From positions 127,200,577 through 127,233,111 of the forward strand of contig NC_068985.1 of NCBI RefSeq assembly GCF_001194135.2: DNA of 32,535 nucleotides, read 5' to 3'. Positions 20,690 through 32,535 of the stretch are shown one piece after another. Below the pieces are notes generated by a model that had not been told where the DNA came from, made no database searches, and saw only the letters and a list, made by a program, of their open reading frames with translations. Positions within the stretch are counted from its first letter, which is position 1. Each line of letters starts with the position of its first letter. This stretch comes from Octopus bimaculoides (lineage: Eukaryota). The position numbers and the translations under genes are program-made.

Positions 20690-21075
20690 CTACTTATGTG
20701 TGTCTGTGCATGTATAGCTGTGTGTGTGTGTGTATGTATTATATGTGTGTGTGTGTGTATATATGTATGTGTGTATTTGTATGTGTATTTGTGTATGTAT
20801 TTATGTGCATATTGTATGAGTGTGCGTGTGTATGTATGCATATGTGTTCTATGTATTTGTGTGTGTGTGTGTGTGTATACATGTGTGTATTATGTATTTG
20901 TGTATGTGTATTTGTGTATGTATTTATGTGCATGTTGTATGAGTGTGCGTGTGTATGAATGCATGTTGTATGAGTGTGCGTGTGTATGTATGCATATGTG
21001 TTCTATGTATTTGTGTGTGTGTGTGTATGCATGTGTGTATTATGTATTTGTGTGTGTATTATGTGTGTGTGAGTG
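20690..21075. repeat. Compound TG/TA microsatellite with longer-range block duplications
   Basis: The block TGTATGAGTGTGCGTGTGTATGTATGCATATGTGTTCTATGTATTTG recurs at about 20814 and 20966. Confidence 0.85.
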
Positions 21076-21104
21076 TGGAGAGGTGTTTCTCTTTCCCTGT
21101 CATG

Positions 21105-21380
21105 ACATCACGTGACAGTTGTAACCAAGGGTCAACATCAAACAAGTGGTGTCATTGATTTCTTATCTTCTGTGAAAATATGTCCTGCTAAACATGTCTA
21201 TAACCTTGCATAGAAACAGGTGAAGGTCAGTGGCAGGGAGGGCATCCAGCTGTAGAAATCTGCCTCTTTAAACCCCATCCAACCCATGCAAATTGTGGAA
21301 AAGGGGCCATTAAAAAGATCATGATGATAGTGATGATTAAGAGAATGATTATGATGATGACGGCGACGATGACGATGGTA
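21105..21380 (+). mobile_element. Diverged short retroposon fragment with RTE/SINE-C-type tail
   Basis: GGAGGGCATCCAGCTGTAGAAA..CCAACCCATGC..TTAAAAA(GAT)n. Confidence 0.6.
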
Positions 21381-21711
21381 GAAAGAAACTAGATTACTAT
21401 AAAAACTACTGAAAAAGCACTGAGTATACTAAAACCTTGTATGTACTTTGATATCCTGAATCTTGATTCCAAAAGCATCTGGAAGTAATAGGGTCAGATT
21501 AACATTCCAGCATTACACCACCACTACCACTACCACTGCCACTACCACCACCGCACCCACTGCTGCTGATATTTGGAACATTTTGCCCATTAAAAGAAAT
21601 AAACATGAAAGAGTATATAACATTCATATTAAAGATTTTTATAAACCCAAAGGAATACGACACACCCAAAATTTATAATGTTGTGACAAAGAGAAGGAAA
21701 GACAGAAAGAG

Positions 21712-21750
<39 letters not shown>

Positions 21751-22069
21751 GGTGGAAATATTTTAAATTTCAAATTAATTAATTATCTAGGATGCAGAGA
21801 TTAGTTTTGTAAATGATTAAAAAAAAATTACTATATTCATTAGACAATATTATATTATATTTTATTATATTCATATTCATTAGACTAAGTTATTAAGAAA
21901 ACTGACCCATCAAAAATGATAGAAAGATGGGGGTGGCAGTGGTGGTGGTGGAGGAAGTAGTGGTGGCAGTGTTGGGGGAGGTGGTGTTGGTGTTGGAGAT
22001 GGGAATAGTATCAAATGCAAAATAATTATTTTTTGTAATATAAACAAATAACTGTTATTTAGTCTCATA

Positions 22070-22640
22070 TCAACTCTTTGTGAACAAGCCTCCCACAGTC
22101 ACAGGTGTTCCAACCATGACTACCCTGTCTTTTTTTCTAGATACATTTGTATACACTTATCTACCCAGTAACACTTATAACCATCCAAATTCCATTTTTT
22201 TCATCAGAGAACAGAACCCTAGTCCACTCACCATCCCATGTCTGATGCTGCTGAGCTAACTCCAATCTAACAGCTTTGTGGGAAAGGGACAATAACAGAC
22301 ATCCTAGCCACTTCTTCAGGTGGAAACCATGGTTCAAAATCACTCTTCTTACAGTGAATGTTAAGGCTCCTACTCCTGCTGATGTCTTGATTTTGGAAAC
22401 AGAAGAATAGCATGACTTCTTCACAGCTCTGACAATGGCCCTTTCATTGCTTTCTGATGTAGCCTTCGGATGTCCATCAACATGAGCCCTGTTGTAGCCA
22501 TCAAGACTTTTCAGAAAATTGTCCACTGGTGTTCTATTTTGCTGAATCTTCTTGGCAACCTTCTGGTTAGTCATTTTCTTCATTTTCAGTGAAGGAATCT
22601 TCCCTTGTTATATTTCAGAAAACTTTGTAGCTTTAGGCAT
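22070..22640 (-). pseudogene. Tc3-like (Tc1/mariner) transposase N-terminal fragment
   Basis: MPKATKFSEI*QGKI..VAKKIQ..VDNFLKS..KA.SESNERAIVRA..TVRRVI..LLSLSHKAVRLELAQ..WTRVLFSDEKKWNLDG..YW; resembles the Tc3 HTH and FSDEKKFNLDG motif; truncated and no TIRs found. Confidence 0.8.
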
Positions 22641-23016
22641 ACTGGAAATGTAATCTGGATCACGGAGAATACAATTGAGTTGAATATTTTCTGAAACAAT
22701 CTGGAAAGAAATGAAAATGTATTAGTGGCTTTATAGTTCTGAAGTGTTGATATGCTAGGGTAAATTGGAAAATCAGATGTCATAATGTGATAATAAAGGT
22801 ATAAGGTTTACATTTCAAAGTATTCACGAAATACCCATTTACAATATATTATGCCTCTTAGTCCACTTAAATACAGAGCTAAATTTCTAAATAGCTTAAA
22901 AAAACATGGCTTTATAGTTTTGAATAGTAGTTTTATATATATTTGTGTGTGTGTGTATTTGTATGTATGTATGTATATGATGATGATTATAGAATCTCTC
23001 GTCAGTGATGATGAAT

Positions 23017-23160
23017 GAGTGTTCAGTAAAGAAGACAAAACAATTCTGGCCAATTTGAAATGATAGAAAGAGAACAATTTCCAGCCAAAGACAATGAGCT
23101 GGACTGAATAAACTCATTGCAAACCTACAAAACAAACACAAATCTAGTAAAAAGATAGAT
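23017..23160 (+). pseudogene. Possible very old Tc1/mariner-family transposase N-terminus
   Basis: VFSKEDKTILANL..FPAKD..GLNKLIANLQ resembles the FS.EDK..I....FP.K.W...GLNKLI HTH start; short and frameshifted. Confidence 0.3.
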
Positions 23161-23317
23161 GCTCAACTGGTTCTCTACATACAAATACATTAAAGTAAGT
23201 CATTTTATGTTGTTTGTTATTTACAGTATAGTTTTGTACAAATTAATTTAGTCTGTTTGATGACTATGGATTTGTATCTTTATTTTGTATTCTTATTATT
23301 TACACTGTAGTCATGTG

Positions 23318-23325
23318 TATCATCC

Positions 23326-23376
<51 letters not shown>

Positions 23377-24130
23377 CCATCATCATTTAACATCCGTTTG
23401 CCATGCTGGCATGGAATAGGATTGTTTGACAGTAAGTGACAAGTTAGAAGACTGCATCAAGCTCTACTGTCTATTTTGGCATGGTTTTCTATGGCTGAAT
23501 GCTCTTCAGTGAGGTCATGAAGTAACTTGCAGGACAAGATCCGTCAACTGACGGGTGGAGGGTGTTGTGGGGCAGTAGTACTGAAGGATGGAGGAGGTGT
23601 TTTGCATTAGAAGAGAAACATGGGTATGTCATATAGAGAGAGTAGAGAAAGATGGCAAAGGTGTGAATAGGAGGGGGTAGGGGTTGTACACCCAAGTTAC
23701 CAAGGAGGAGTTCACAAGATTTCGAAAGGTGAATGGGAGCTAGAGGTGGGGGATGGTGAGGTCTGTAATGAGTGGGTACTGGTAGAGGGTAGGAGTATTA
23801 GGAGGATATGTTGTGGGGAAGGGATTTAATAGAGACATAAATGTGTGCAGGCAGGTGTGCAAGAGAAAATAGAAGGGATGTGAAGGAGAAAGGAGAAATA
23901 GCAGTGGTGAGTGGGTGGTTGTTGAGGTAGGTGGGGCCTGGACATGGGGTGTGGAGTGTGGGGCATGGGCATGGATTTTACTTAACTGGGTGTGTCTTCT
24001 GAAGCACAGCAGATCAATAGTTGTCGTAGTCCTTTGTCATCTCTTCTCTGAAGCTCAACATCTGAAGATCATTTCTCAACACTTCATCAAACATTTTCTG
24101 GGTCTTCTTCTTTCATAGGTTCCCTGATAC
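23318..24130 (-). mobile_element. RTE LINE C-terminus plus long pyrimidine-rich 3' region ending in a SINE-C-type tail and (ATG)n
   Basis: Minus 24130-23985 resembles GT..R.RPRK..DEVLRNDLQML...EEMTKD..SAVLQKTHP; the tail at 23318-23508 matches the SINE-C tail (same element or a separate insertion). Confidence 0.6.
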
Positions 24131-24352
24131 ATATATAGGTGTGGAATATATATGCCATGAAACCAGAAAAGTGACCCTTGTAAGTCAGCATGACTCCTGA
24201 AGGTACTTTACTTTATGATGGACTGCTTAAAATAAGTTGTTTGCCCAGGCAGAGTAGGGGTGAGGAGTAAAAAAAAAAATCTTTATTAAAATTGAAAATA
24301 AGTTTTTGCAGAACCATAATCCTCCATGCTTTACAAATATGATTTATCTCAT

Positions 24353-24768
24353 ATCTTTACTTTACTTGTTTTGGTCATTTGACTGTAGCCATGTTAGAGC
24401 ACCACTTTGAAGGGTTCTAGTAGAACAAATCGACCCCATTACTTATTTCCATTTTTTAAGTTCGGTACTTATTTTATTGGTCTCTTTTGCCAAACCACTG
24501 AGACACAGGGATGTAAAGAAACTAACATCAGTTATCAAATAGTGGTGGGAGACAACCTTAAGCACAAAATACACACACACACACACACACATACACACAC
24601 AGACGATGGCCTTCTTTCAGTTTTCATCTATCTAATCCACTAACAAAGCTTTAGCTGATCCAGGGCTACAGTTGAAGACACTTGCCAAAAGTGCCATGCC
24701 GTGGGACTAAGCCCAAAACTACATAGTTGAGAAGCACACTTCTTAAAGACTCAGCCATGTTTGCTCCT
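24353..24768 (-). mobile_element. SINE-A, diverged full-length copy
   Basis: Reverse complement aligns along 17011-17443. Confidence 0.8.
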
Positions 24769-25060
24769 ATTTAAAAAAAGAAAATTTCAAGGAAAAGTAA
24801 ACATAATGAAATGAGTTTGGTCTGTTACATACTCCAAAAGAGAAGAGAGTAAGAAAAAAAAAAAAACAGAATTAAAAATTGAAATTGAGAAGATATATTT
24901 TTTAGTAGAATTGTAATTTCCAATATTTAAAACAGAAATCAAAAGGAAAACAATTCAAATAAATATAAGAACAAAGTTATGGATGGTAGGGTATAAAGTA
25001 AAAAAAACTCCAGTATAGACAATGATGTTCTATAAATGTTTCAGCAAATTTTAGTTATGG

Positions 25061-25203
25061 TTAGGGTTAGGGTTAGGGTTAGGGTTAAATTTAGAGTTAT
25101 TCACAGCTTGAGATTTCTTTTTTTGACATTGTTGTAATTCAACAATTGTATCTGAGCATACATATTTAGCGACCATGCGATGCATGGACAGGCTATTTGT
25201 AGT
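25061..25203 (+). mobile_element. (TTAGGG)4 followed by a Helitron-like 3' end
   Basis: Four perfect TTAGGG at 25061-25084; hairpin CCATGC-GAT-GCATGG (25173-25187), then GTAG|T about 11 nt later (Helitron consensus is hairpin plus CTAG|T). Confidence 0.45.
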
Positions 25204-25667
25204 CATGTTTGGCTTGTTTCTTTATGTACTTATGTTAGAGATATTTAATGTTCAGATATTAGTTTGTCTCGAGTATGAGATGTTTTGGCACAGCAGTTTT
25301 GGCATCACCTATTTGACAGTGTTGCTTTAATCTCTCTCTCTCTCTCTCTCTCTCTCCCCACCCTCTGAATTTGTATATTTCTGTGTACACATGCATGTGT
25401 GTGTGTGTGTCCCCATGCTATTGCCAAAACATTCAATTTTGGCAAATCGTCAGCATCCAAACAGTTATTCCCAAACAACTGACTTTTGACCAATGTCGAT
25501 ACATTTAATTCATATATAATCTCACTTGCATTTTGTAGCTTAACTTTTCCATGATATCACTTGTTACTTTCAAATATACTGAAATTCCTTTTTGTCTGAA
25601 TATTGAACTTTTCTCTACAGTATGTATGCATTTGTATGCAGTTGCTCAAGAATGGTAATTTTGTTTT

Positions 25668-26379
25668 GGCTGCAAGCAACGCAGTGGTTAAGAAGTTTGT
25701 TTTCTAATCATGAAATTCTAGGCTTGACTTCATTGCATTGCATCTTGGGCAAGTATTTGAATTTGGAATTTGGAATTTGAAATTTGAATCTGAAATCGAA
25801 ATCGAACTGAATCCGACAACTAGAACCCATGCCAACCTCTCCTTCATTGGACACTAAACTCTGCTTGTGAAGACCTGTTGGGGCAAGTGAAATCAAAATT
25901 GAACCATACTCGATGACTGGTCACCACGCCAGTGGAGCACTAACAGCACTGTCGAGTGTGTTCATTGCCAGAGCAGCTGTCTGGCTTCTGTGCTAGCGGC
26001 CGTAAATAGCACCATTTGAGTGTAATCATTACCAGTGTTGCCTTCTAGCACTTGTGCTAGTGGCACATTAGAAAATCATTCGAGCAAGGTTGTTGCCAGT
26101 GCTGCTGGACTGGCTCCCGTGCAGGTGGCATGTAGAAAATACCTTTTGAGCATGGCCATTGCCAGTCCTTTGTGACTGGCCCTCGTGCCGGTGGCACATA
26201 AAAGCACCCACTACACTCTCGGAGTGGTTGGCGTTAGGAAGGGCATCCAGCTGTAGAAACTCTGCCAAATCAGATTGGAGCCTGGTGCAGCCTTCTGGCT
26301 TGCCAGTCCTCAGTCAAATCGTCCAACCCATGCTAGCATGGAAAGCGGACGTTAAACGATGATGATGATGATGATGATG
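25668..26379 (+). mobile_element. Longest SINE-C copy (degenerate tRNA/CORE-like head, GAATTT repeats, about 65-bp unit array, RTE-type tail)
   Basis: Five units starting at about 25926, 25990, 26054, 26119 and 26185; near-consensus tail with (GAT)n. Confidence 0.85.
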
Positions 26380-26509
26380 TTAAGGTCAAACCAAACTTAG
26401 TGAGCTGGTAGATAGACACTCTAAGAGCCCAGCATATAGACTCTGCCTGTTTTTCAAAGGACTAGCCACATTACACAGTGTGTTATGCTGATTCTGACTG
26501 AGAATTACA

Positions 26510-26783
26510 TTAACCCTTTAGATACCAACCTAACTCTGGCCACACATGAGTCTAAGACACACACTTTGTATTTCAACATTTTTGTTACCATATTTTTGCT
26601 GAAATACACTGCCTTTATTTCAAATAATTTTGAAAATAATTCCAAACACCAGATCATTATTAACATGATAAATTAACATATCTGTAAAAAAAGCTTTAAT
26701 TTAATTTATATAAATTTAAAATGGAGAGTTTGTATCATAGAATCTGGATCAGCCACAAGTGGGTTTGGAATCAAATGAGTTAA
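26510..26783. mobile_element. piggyBac-like MITE
   Basis: TTAA|CCCTTTAGATACCAACC ... GGTTTGGAATCAAATGAG|TTAA imperfect TIRs with TTAA at both ends; a second AAAGGG end is at about 26948. Confidence 0.5.
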
Positions 26784-27070
26784 AGCAATCTAAATTAAAC
26801 CCTTCAATCAAAATTTCATATGAATTTATGACCTAAATACCAGCTTAATGATAACAATTATTTTACTAAATTCTTAACTTTTTTCAAAATTAATTCAAAC
26901 AATGTTTGTATATTCCAATGGAAATATAGTAACAAAAAAAAAAAAGGGTACATGTGATTATGGGATATCCAGCCACTTACACAGTACAATAACTAGGCAA
27001 TTCAGTTATTTGAACAACTGGAATATTCATTGTTGAAACTGACAAAGATTTGCTTCCTTATTTTATAGCT

Positions 27071-27179
27071 NNNNNNNNNNATATATATCTATATATATAC
27101 ATACACACATACATACATACATACATACATATATACATATGTATGTATCTATACAAATATATACATATATATATATATC

Positions 27180-27242
<63 letters not shown>

Positions 27243-27455
27243 TCACACACAAATATATATATATATACACACACACACACATACATATATATAAATATAA
27301 GTACACACATACACACACACGCACACATGTATTCATATGTACACTATATTCTATATATATAGATATATACTTACACACAGACACACATATGTATGTATAT
27401 GTATGTATGTATGCATATATGCATGTATATACGAGTGTATGTGTGTGTGTGTGTA
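27071..27455. repeat. 10-N gap followed by a long TA/CA/TG compound microsatellite
   Basis: Low-complexity arrays. Confidence 0.95.
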
Positions 27456-28322
27456 TTTTCCACCAATGAGTGCTCTCTACAGCTGTAAATTCTAAAGGAC
27501 TAATGCAATGAGGAAACAAAATTATAAGGTATAAGAGTATATTGCATCAATAGACAAAACCAAATATTCTTTTGTATTTACTTATATAAAGAAAGAGAAA
27601 AAAAATGGTAAATGTGATATATTGTTCCTTTTTGTTTTATATTTTTATTGGCTTTTTTTGTTTAGATAAGAATCAATTATATGAAACTACAGTAATACAG
27701 AAGACTTCTAAGAATAAAGGTAACAAAATAAATATATAAATAAAAGAAAAGATTTGGCTTCACACTAATTCTCATCACACTCAACCATATTGCAGCCAGA
27801 CAGGTGAGAATAACAAAAAATAAATAAATAAAAATATCAAAAAAAAAATAGAGAATAAAAATAATTGAATGTTTCATAAGTGAATTATTATTACAAAGTT
27901 TTGTTCAGAAAATTTCAAGCATGATAAAGGGAAGAGTCTGAAAGAACAAAATATCTTGTTGTCTTTAAAGAAAGTTGCATTGTAATAGATATATTAGTTT
28001 AGAGAAGTATTAGTTAAGTACATCTGGGAATTATCTCCCTTACCCTTTTTGAAATGGCCTTTCATTAACACCAATAAATTTTTTCATAGTTATATAATTT
28101 GTTGTTATATTCTTTTATTTATTCTTGACATTGAACTATTGTCATGTTGAAGTCGTTGCCTTCAAGGGGTTTAGTTCATCATATTGATTCTAATTCTTAT
28201 TTTTAAGTCTGGTGCTTGATTTCTATTTGTTGGACTGCTAAATTACAGGACATCAGCAAAAAGCACCAGTTTTTAAGACATATACAGACATGCAATACAT
28301 ACACACATACACACACACATTA

Positions 28323-28710
28323 CTTCACAACCACATGGTTCCGGGTCCAGTCCCACTGCATGGCACTTTGGGCAAATGTCTTCTACTATAGTCTCAGGCC
28401 CGACCAAAGCCTTGTGAGTGGATTTGGTAAACAGAAACTGACAGGAGCCTGTTGTATATATGTCTGTGTGTGTGTGTGTCTGTGTGTGTGTGTTCATGTC
28501 TGTGTTCGTTTCCCGCCCACTTGACAGCAGGTGCTGGTGCGTTTACGTCACTGTAGCTTAGTGATTTGGTAAAAGAGACTGATACAATAGGTACCAGGCT
28601 TTAAAAAATAGTATTGATGTTGATACATTCGAATAAAAGACATTTCAAGGCATCAGACCCCAGCATGGCTGCAGTCTAATGACAGAAACAAGTAAAAAAT
28701 AAGATAAAAA
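28323..28710 (+). mobile_element. SINE-A, 5'-truncated
   Basis: Aligns with 17045-17440. Confidence 0.85.
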
Positions 28711-28778
28711 AATATACACACCTGTACATACATGCATACATACATATACCTTTCTATTATAAGCACAAGGCCTTATAC

Positions 28779-28838
<60 letters not shown>

Positions 28839-29739
28839 ATATAAAATTTGCCCGACCGTTGTATTCTTTCTTGTCTTGAGGTTCACGGCCTGATAGTGCT
28901 TTGCACGACAAGGAACAAAAGTCATGCACTGATGTAGAAGTCAGCTGCCCAACAAATGTGAATGTATTATCAAAAGCCCAGGAAAAAAGGAAAAATTTTA
29001 TGGTGAATTAATGTGGAATTTACAGCTCTTATAACCTGACTACAAATTCTCATTTGTTCTTATCACCATAGGCTATGTACCAAAAAATTTACACAAAACC
29101 AAAAAGTACTAGGTTTTTTGAAGAAAGAGCAAAAGAAAATGGCATGGGTTCTCCAAATGCAATATATTAGTAGCATGGTGAAGATTTGTAAGACATTCTA
29201 ATGATTCTCCATCTGACATTCTTTAGGTGAATAGATGCATACACTTGGGTGTGTGCATAGTAGCTCAGCCAACACACCAACTCAACCACATATTTTAAAC
29301 ATCAGGAACTGTCTTAACCCCAAAAGTCTAGTTGCTTTGTTAGCAATTGACTTGAACTCTCTTAAGAAGAGCCTAAATAAAACTAAAAAAAAAACATACA
29401 TACATACATACATACAAACAAATGCATACATACATACAAACAGACTAACAGATGAAAAGACAGACTGATGAGTAGACAGACAATCTAACTATTTACTATA
29501 TATTTTAGAAGCATACATGCATGCAGACAATTGAAGCTGCAATGTTCTTTATCTAAGCTACCTTCCAGAGTATTCATATATTTTTTTCTTAGGGGAAAAC
29601 AAAAGTTTAACTTTGAATGATATAAAATTTCATTAATTATACAGTAAAATTAAATTGAAACCTAATTTTTTAAAGATAAATTTTAAAATATTCTTTGGAT
29701 ATTTTAAAAAAATGCTTTTTAATTTTTAGAATTTTTAAA

Positions 29740-30156
29740 CTCTTTACTCTTTTACTTGTTTCAGTCATTTGACTGTGACCATGCTGGTGTACCGCCTTTA
29801 GTCGAGCAAATCAGCCCCAGGACTTATTCTTTGTAAGCCTAGTACTTATTCTATCGGTCTCTTTTGCTGAACCGCTAAGTTACGGGGATGTAAACACACC
29901 AGCATCGATTATCAAGCAATGTTGAGAGGGCAAACACAGACACACAAACATATACACACACACATACGTATATATATATATATACATATATATGACGGGC
30001 TTCGTTCAGTTTCCGTCTACCAAATCCACTCACAAGGCTTTGGTTGGCCCGAGGCTATAGTAGAAGACTCTTGCCCAAGGTGCCACACAGTGGGACTGAA
30101 CCCGGAACCATGTGGTTCATAAGCAAGCTACTTACTACACAGCCACTCCTATGCCT
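29740..30156 (-). mobile_element. SINE-A, full-length
   Basis: Reverse complement aligns end to end with 17011-17443. Confidence 0.9.
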
Positions 30157-30227
30157 AAATAGAATAAAAATGAAAAAATTTTGAAATATAAATAAAGAAT
30201 AAAATAAATGGATAAAGAATGGATAAA

Positions 30228-30925
30228 GAATGGCTGTGTGCTTAGAAGCTAGCTTCCCAACCACATAGTTCTGGTTTCAGTCCTGCTGCATGTCATCTTA
30301 GTTAAGTATCTTCTGCTATAGCCTTGAGCCAACCAAAGCCTTGTGAGTGGATTTGGTAGATGGAAACTGAAAGAAGCCTATCATATATATAGTTCATAGA
30401 CAAGATTCCATCTTTGAACTTCTTTCCTTTAACACCTTAAACGTAAGATCTCTTACCTGAAGATGGAGGCTCATCTCATCCTGTGATGGAATCAATCTAC
30501 AGACATTATTTTGGATCACCAAGTCCTCAGAAGCAGCTGTTGGATTTGTAATATCTTTCTTCAACCGCTTTAATTCTCTGTATCATTTATATTCTGTGTA
30601 AGTCGGACCTTTTTGTATGTAAATATATATACTTTTTTTTTGTATTTCATGTATTTAATATACTTTATATATTGATCTGTCTAACTTGTTTATCTCTAAA
30701 TTTACTTCTATATGTGTGTGTGTGTATCTTTGTGTCTGTGTTCATCCCCTACCACTGCTTGACAACTAGGGTTAGTGTGTTTACGCCCATGTAACTTAGC
30801 AGTTTGGCAAAAGAGATCAATAGAATAAGAACCAGGCTTATAAAAAAGAAAATAAGTACTAAAAATTCAAGGCAGTGCCCCAGCATGGCCGCAGTCTAAT
30901 GACTGAAACAGACAAAAGATAAAAG
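30228..30925 (+). mobile_element. SINE-A split by an insertion of about 320 bp (30390-30710)
   Basis: 5' half at 30228-30390 and 3' half at 30712-30925, with unrelated sequence inside the internal microsatellite. Confidence 0.8.
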
Positions 30926-31559
30926 AGAAAATTGTTTATATTATTCTTAAAAGACAAACAAGAAATTTTTTAAACTAAGATGTAGGAAAGCAAACATGAT
31001 TTAAAATATGATTATTTAATTCCATTTGTCACTCAGCAGCTACTTATGATTTGGTCACATCTGTTTAATGGTAATAAAAGATACTTCAACCAAGATTTTA
31101 CAGCGAAGCACTTAACATAACTTGCAAATTTGTTTATGAGCTCAGGCTTCAGTCACTTCTAAAGAAAGTTTTACCTGCTACTTCAAATTTAAATTTTGTC
31201 TAACCCATTCCATATTTTAGAGAAAGTGTGAAGTAAACATATAGAACACTTAAAATATTTCTCATCTATCTCCTGATTGCACTACCAGCATTTCAATCAT
31301 TTCTGACTTTTTCTGACAAATATGTTTTCAAAAGATTATGAGAGACTTATTACCTATGCAGTCTTATATAAATAGGAAGGAGCATTGACTCTAAATGAAT
31401 ATCATATCAATAGGAATCCAAATTACTTTATTAGAGCTAATGAGTTCTGTAAATGTGCATGTGTATATCTATATTTATCTATATCCGTACGTACATACAT
31501 ACATACATGCATGCATGCATGCATACATACATACATACATAGTCAAACACTCTCAAACA

Positions 31560-31675
31560 CACATTTATATATAGACACAAAAGCCAAGTGCAGGCTTCTG
31601 CCTGGCAGGCTCCTTTCAAACCATCCCACCCATGCCAGCATGGAGGGTAGACATTAAACGATGATGATGATGATG
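31560..31675 (+). mobile_element. SINE-C 3' fragment
   Basis: CCATCCCACCCATGCCAGCATGGAGGGTAGACATTAAAC(GAT)n. Confidence 0.75.
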
Positions 31676-32344
31676 TATGTATGTATGTGTGTCTGTGTGT
31701 CTGTATATATATATCATCAGTCAGTTGTCCATAAGTCAGGAAAAAAAGCATACTCTAAAACTGGAATTTGTGTGGTTATACTTTTATATTGTTAAATAGT
31801 ATATTCCTACTTTTGGTATACATCTGATCAGTAAGTTACTATTGGTTTGGTGTCTACTATTGCACTTGGCAACACTAATGAGTCTTCAGATATGCTAGCC
31901 AGAAGAATATGGCCTCTTTAATGCTGGGGGAAAATATACAGTCATAATCAACTTAGTAGTGAAAAAAAAAAATTAAGAAAACTTTTCTGAGTGGGAAAGA
32001 AGATTTCATTGTATAATTCCAGCTATGCTCAAAGAGGGTCAACTGTTCCTGTATACATGCATTCCATTCTCTTATTAAAAAAAGGCGAAGACCATGTTTC
32101 CAAAATGAATTTTCTTTCATGAGGGCAGTTACTAAAAATCTTACATTTTGAGTTCAGAGAAGCACCTGGATTATGTGAATTTTTTAGGATTAATTCCCGC
32201 TTGGTTAAATAACACTTGCATCATCTGCTTCTATTTAGGGTGGCCCAGGTTGTCCCTGCAGTTGATCTTGTGCAGCATTAGAACACCATACATACATGCA
32301 TACACAAATATATGCATACATATACACACACACACATTGAGACA

Positions 32345-32510
32345 GGCATAACATGTGTCTGCATAGTTTTCATCTACCAGTTTTCACTCATACAATATTG
32401 GTCAACTTGAGGCTATAGTAGGAAGCAGTAACCTGAATTGCTACAAAGTAGGATTCAATCCAAAATCATATGGTTACAAAGCACATTTTTTAACCACTCA
32501 ATTATGCCTG
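32345..32510 (-). mobile_element. Highly diverged SINE-A 5' half
   Basis: TTTTCATCTACCAG, GAGGCTATAGTAG and TTAACCACTCAATTATGCCTGCACCT resemble the reverse-complemented SINE-A head. Confidence 0.6.
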
Positions 32511-32535
32511 CACCTATATGTATATATATATATAT

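Noticed and set aside
20605-21158. Cys/Val/Tyr-rich ORFs
   Set aside because: Translation of TG/TA microsatellite; the same applies to 27050-27519.
23933-23969. G-quadruplex-like motif
   Set aside because: Long loops, on the antisense strand of a decayed RTE 3' region; expected from composition alone.
25061-25084. True telomere or chromosome end
   Set aside because: Only four units, embedded in ordinary sequence on both sides.

Overview
Eukaryotic, AT-rich, repeat-saturated genomic DNA, most likely from an octopod cephalopod (Octopus). That call is recalled from the SINE families and the microsatellite load, not from a database search. There are three assembly gaps (5348-5758, 9067-9197, 27071-27080). 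I could not recognise an intact host protein-coding gene; nearly all ORFs in the supplied track come from microsatellites, N-gaps or decayed transposons. The window is an intronic or intergenic transposon graveyard. DNA elements: a full-length decayed Tc1 with TIRs, a Tc3-like fragment, hAT-type and piggyBac-type MITEs, and a Helitron-like end. Retroelements: a CR1-group LINE, several RTE LINE pieces (one about 2.7 kb), a HERO-type RLE fragment, an R4/Dong-type RT fragment, a Penelope-like GIY-YIG fragment, and about 20 copies or fragments of three multi-copy SINE families. I label these SINE-A, -B and -C; they may correspond to published octopus OK/OR1/OR2 SINEs, which is not verified. Most interesting signals: (1) the CR1 LINE and SINE-A share a 3' tail with a compensatory base-pair change in a terminal stem-loop; (2) an unexplained 138-bp direct repeat folds into a multi-helix, pseudoknot-capable RNA with hammerhead-like core words; (3) a 30-bp minisatellite arose inside an RTE endonuclease ORF; (4) elements repeatedly insert into the SINE-A internal microsatellite; (5) SINE-C contains a roughly 65-nt double-hairpin array with covariation. 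Boundaries of decayed elements are approximate.
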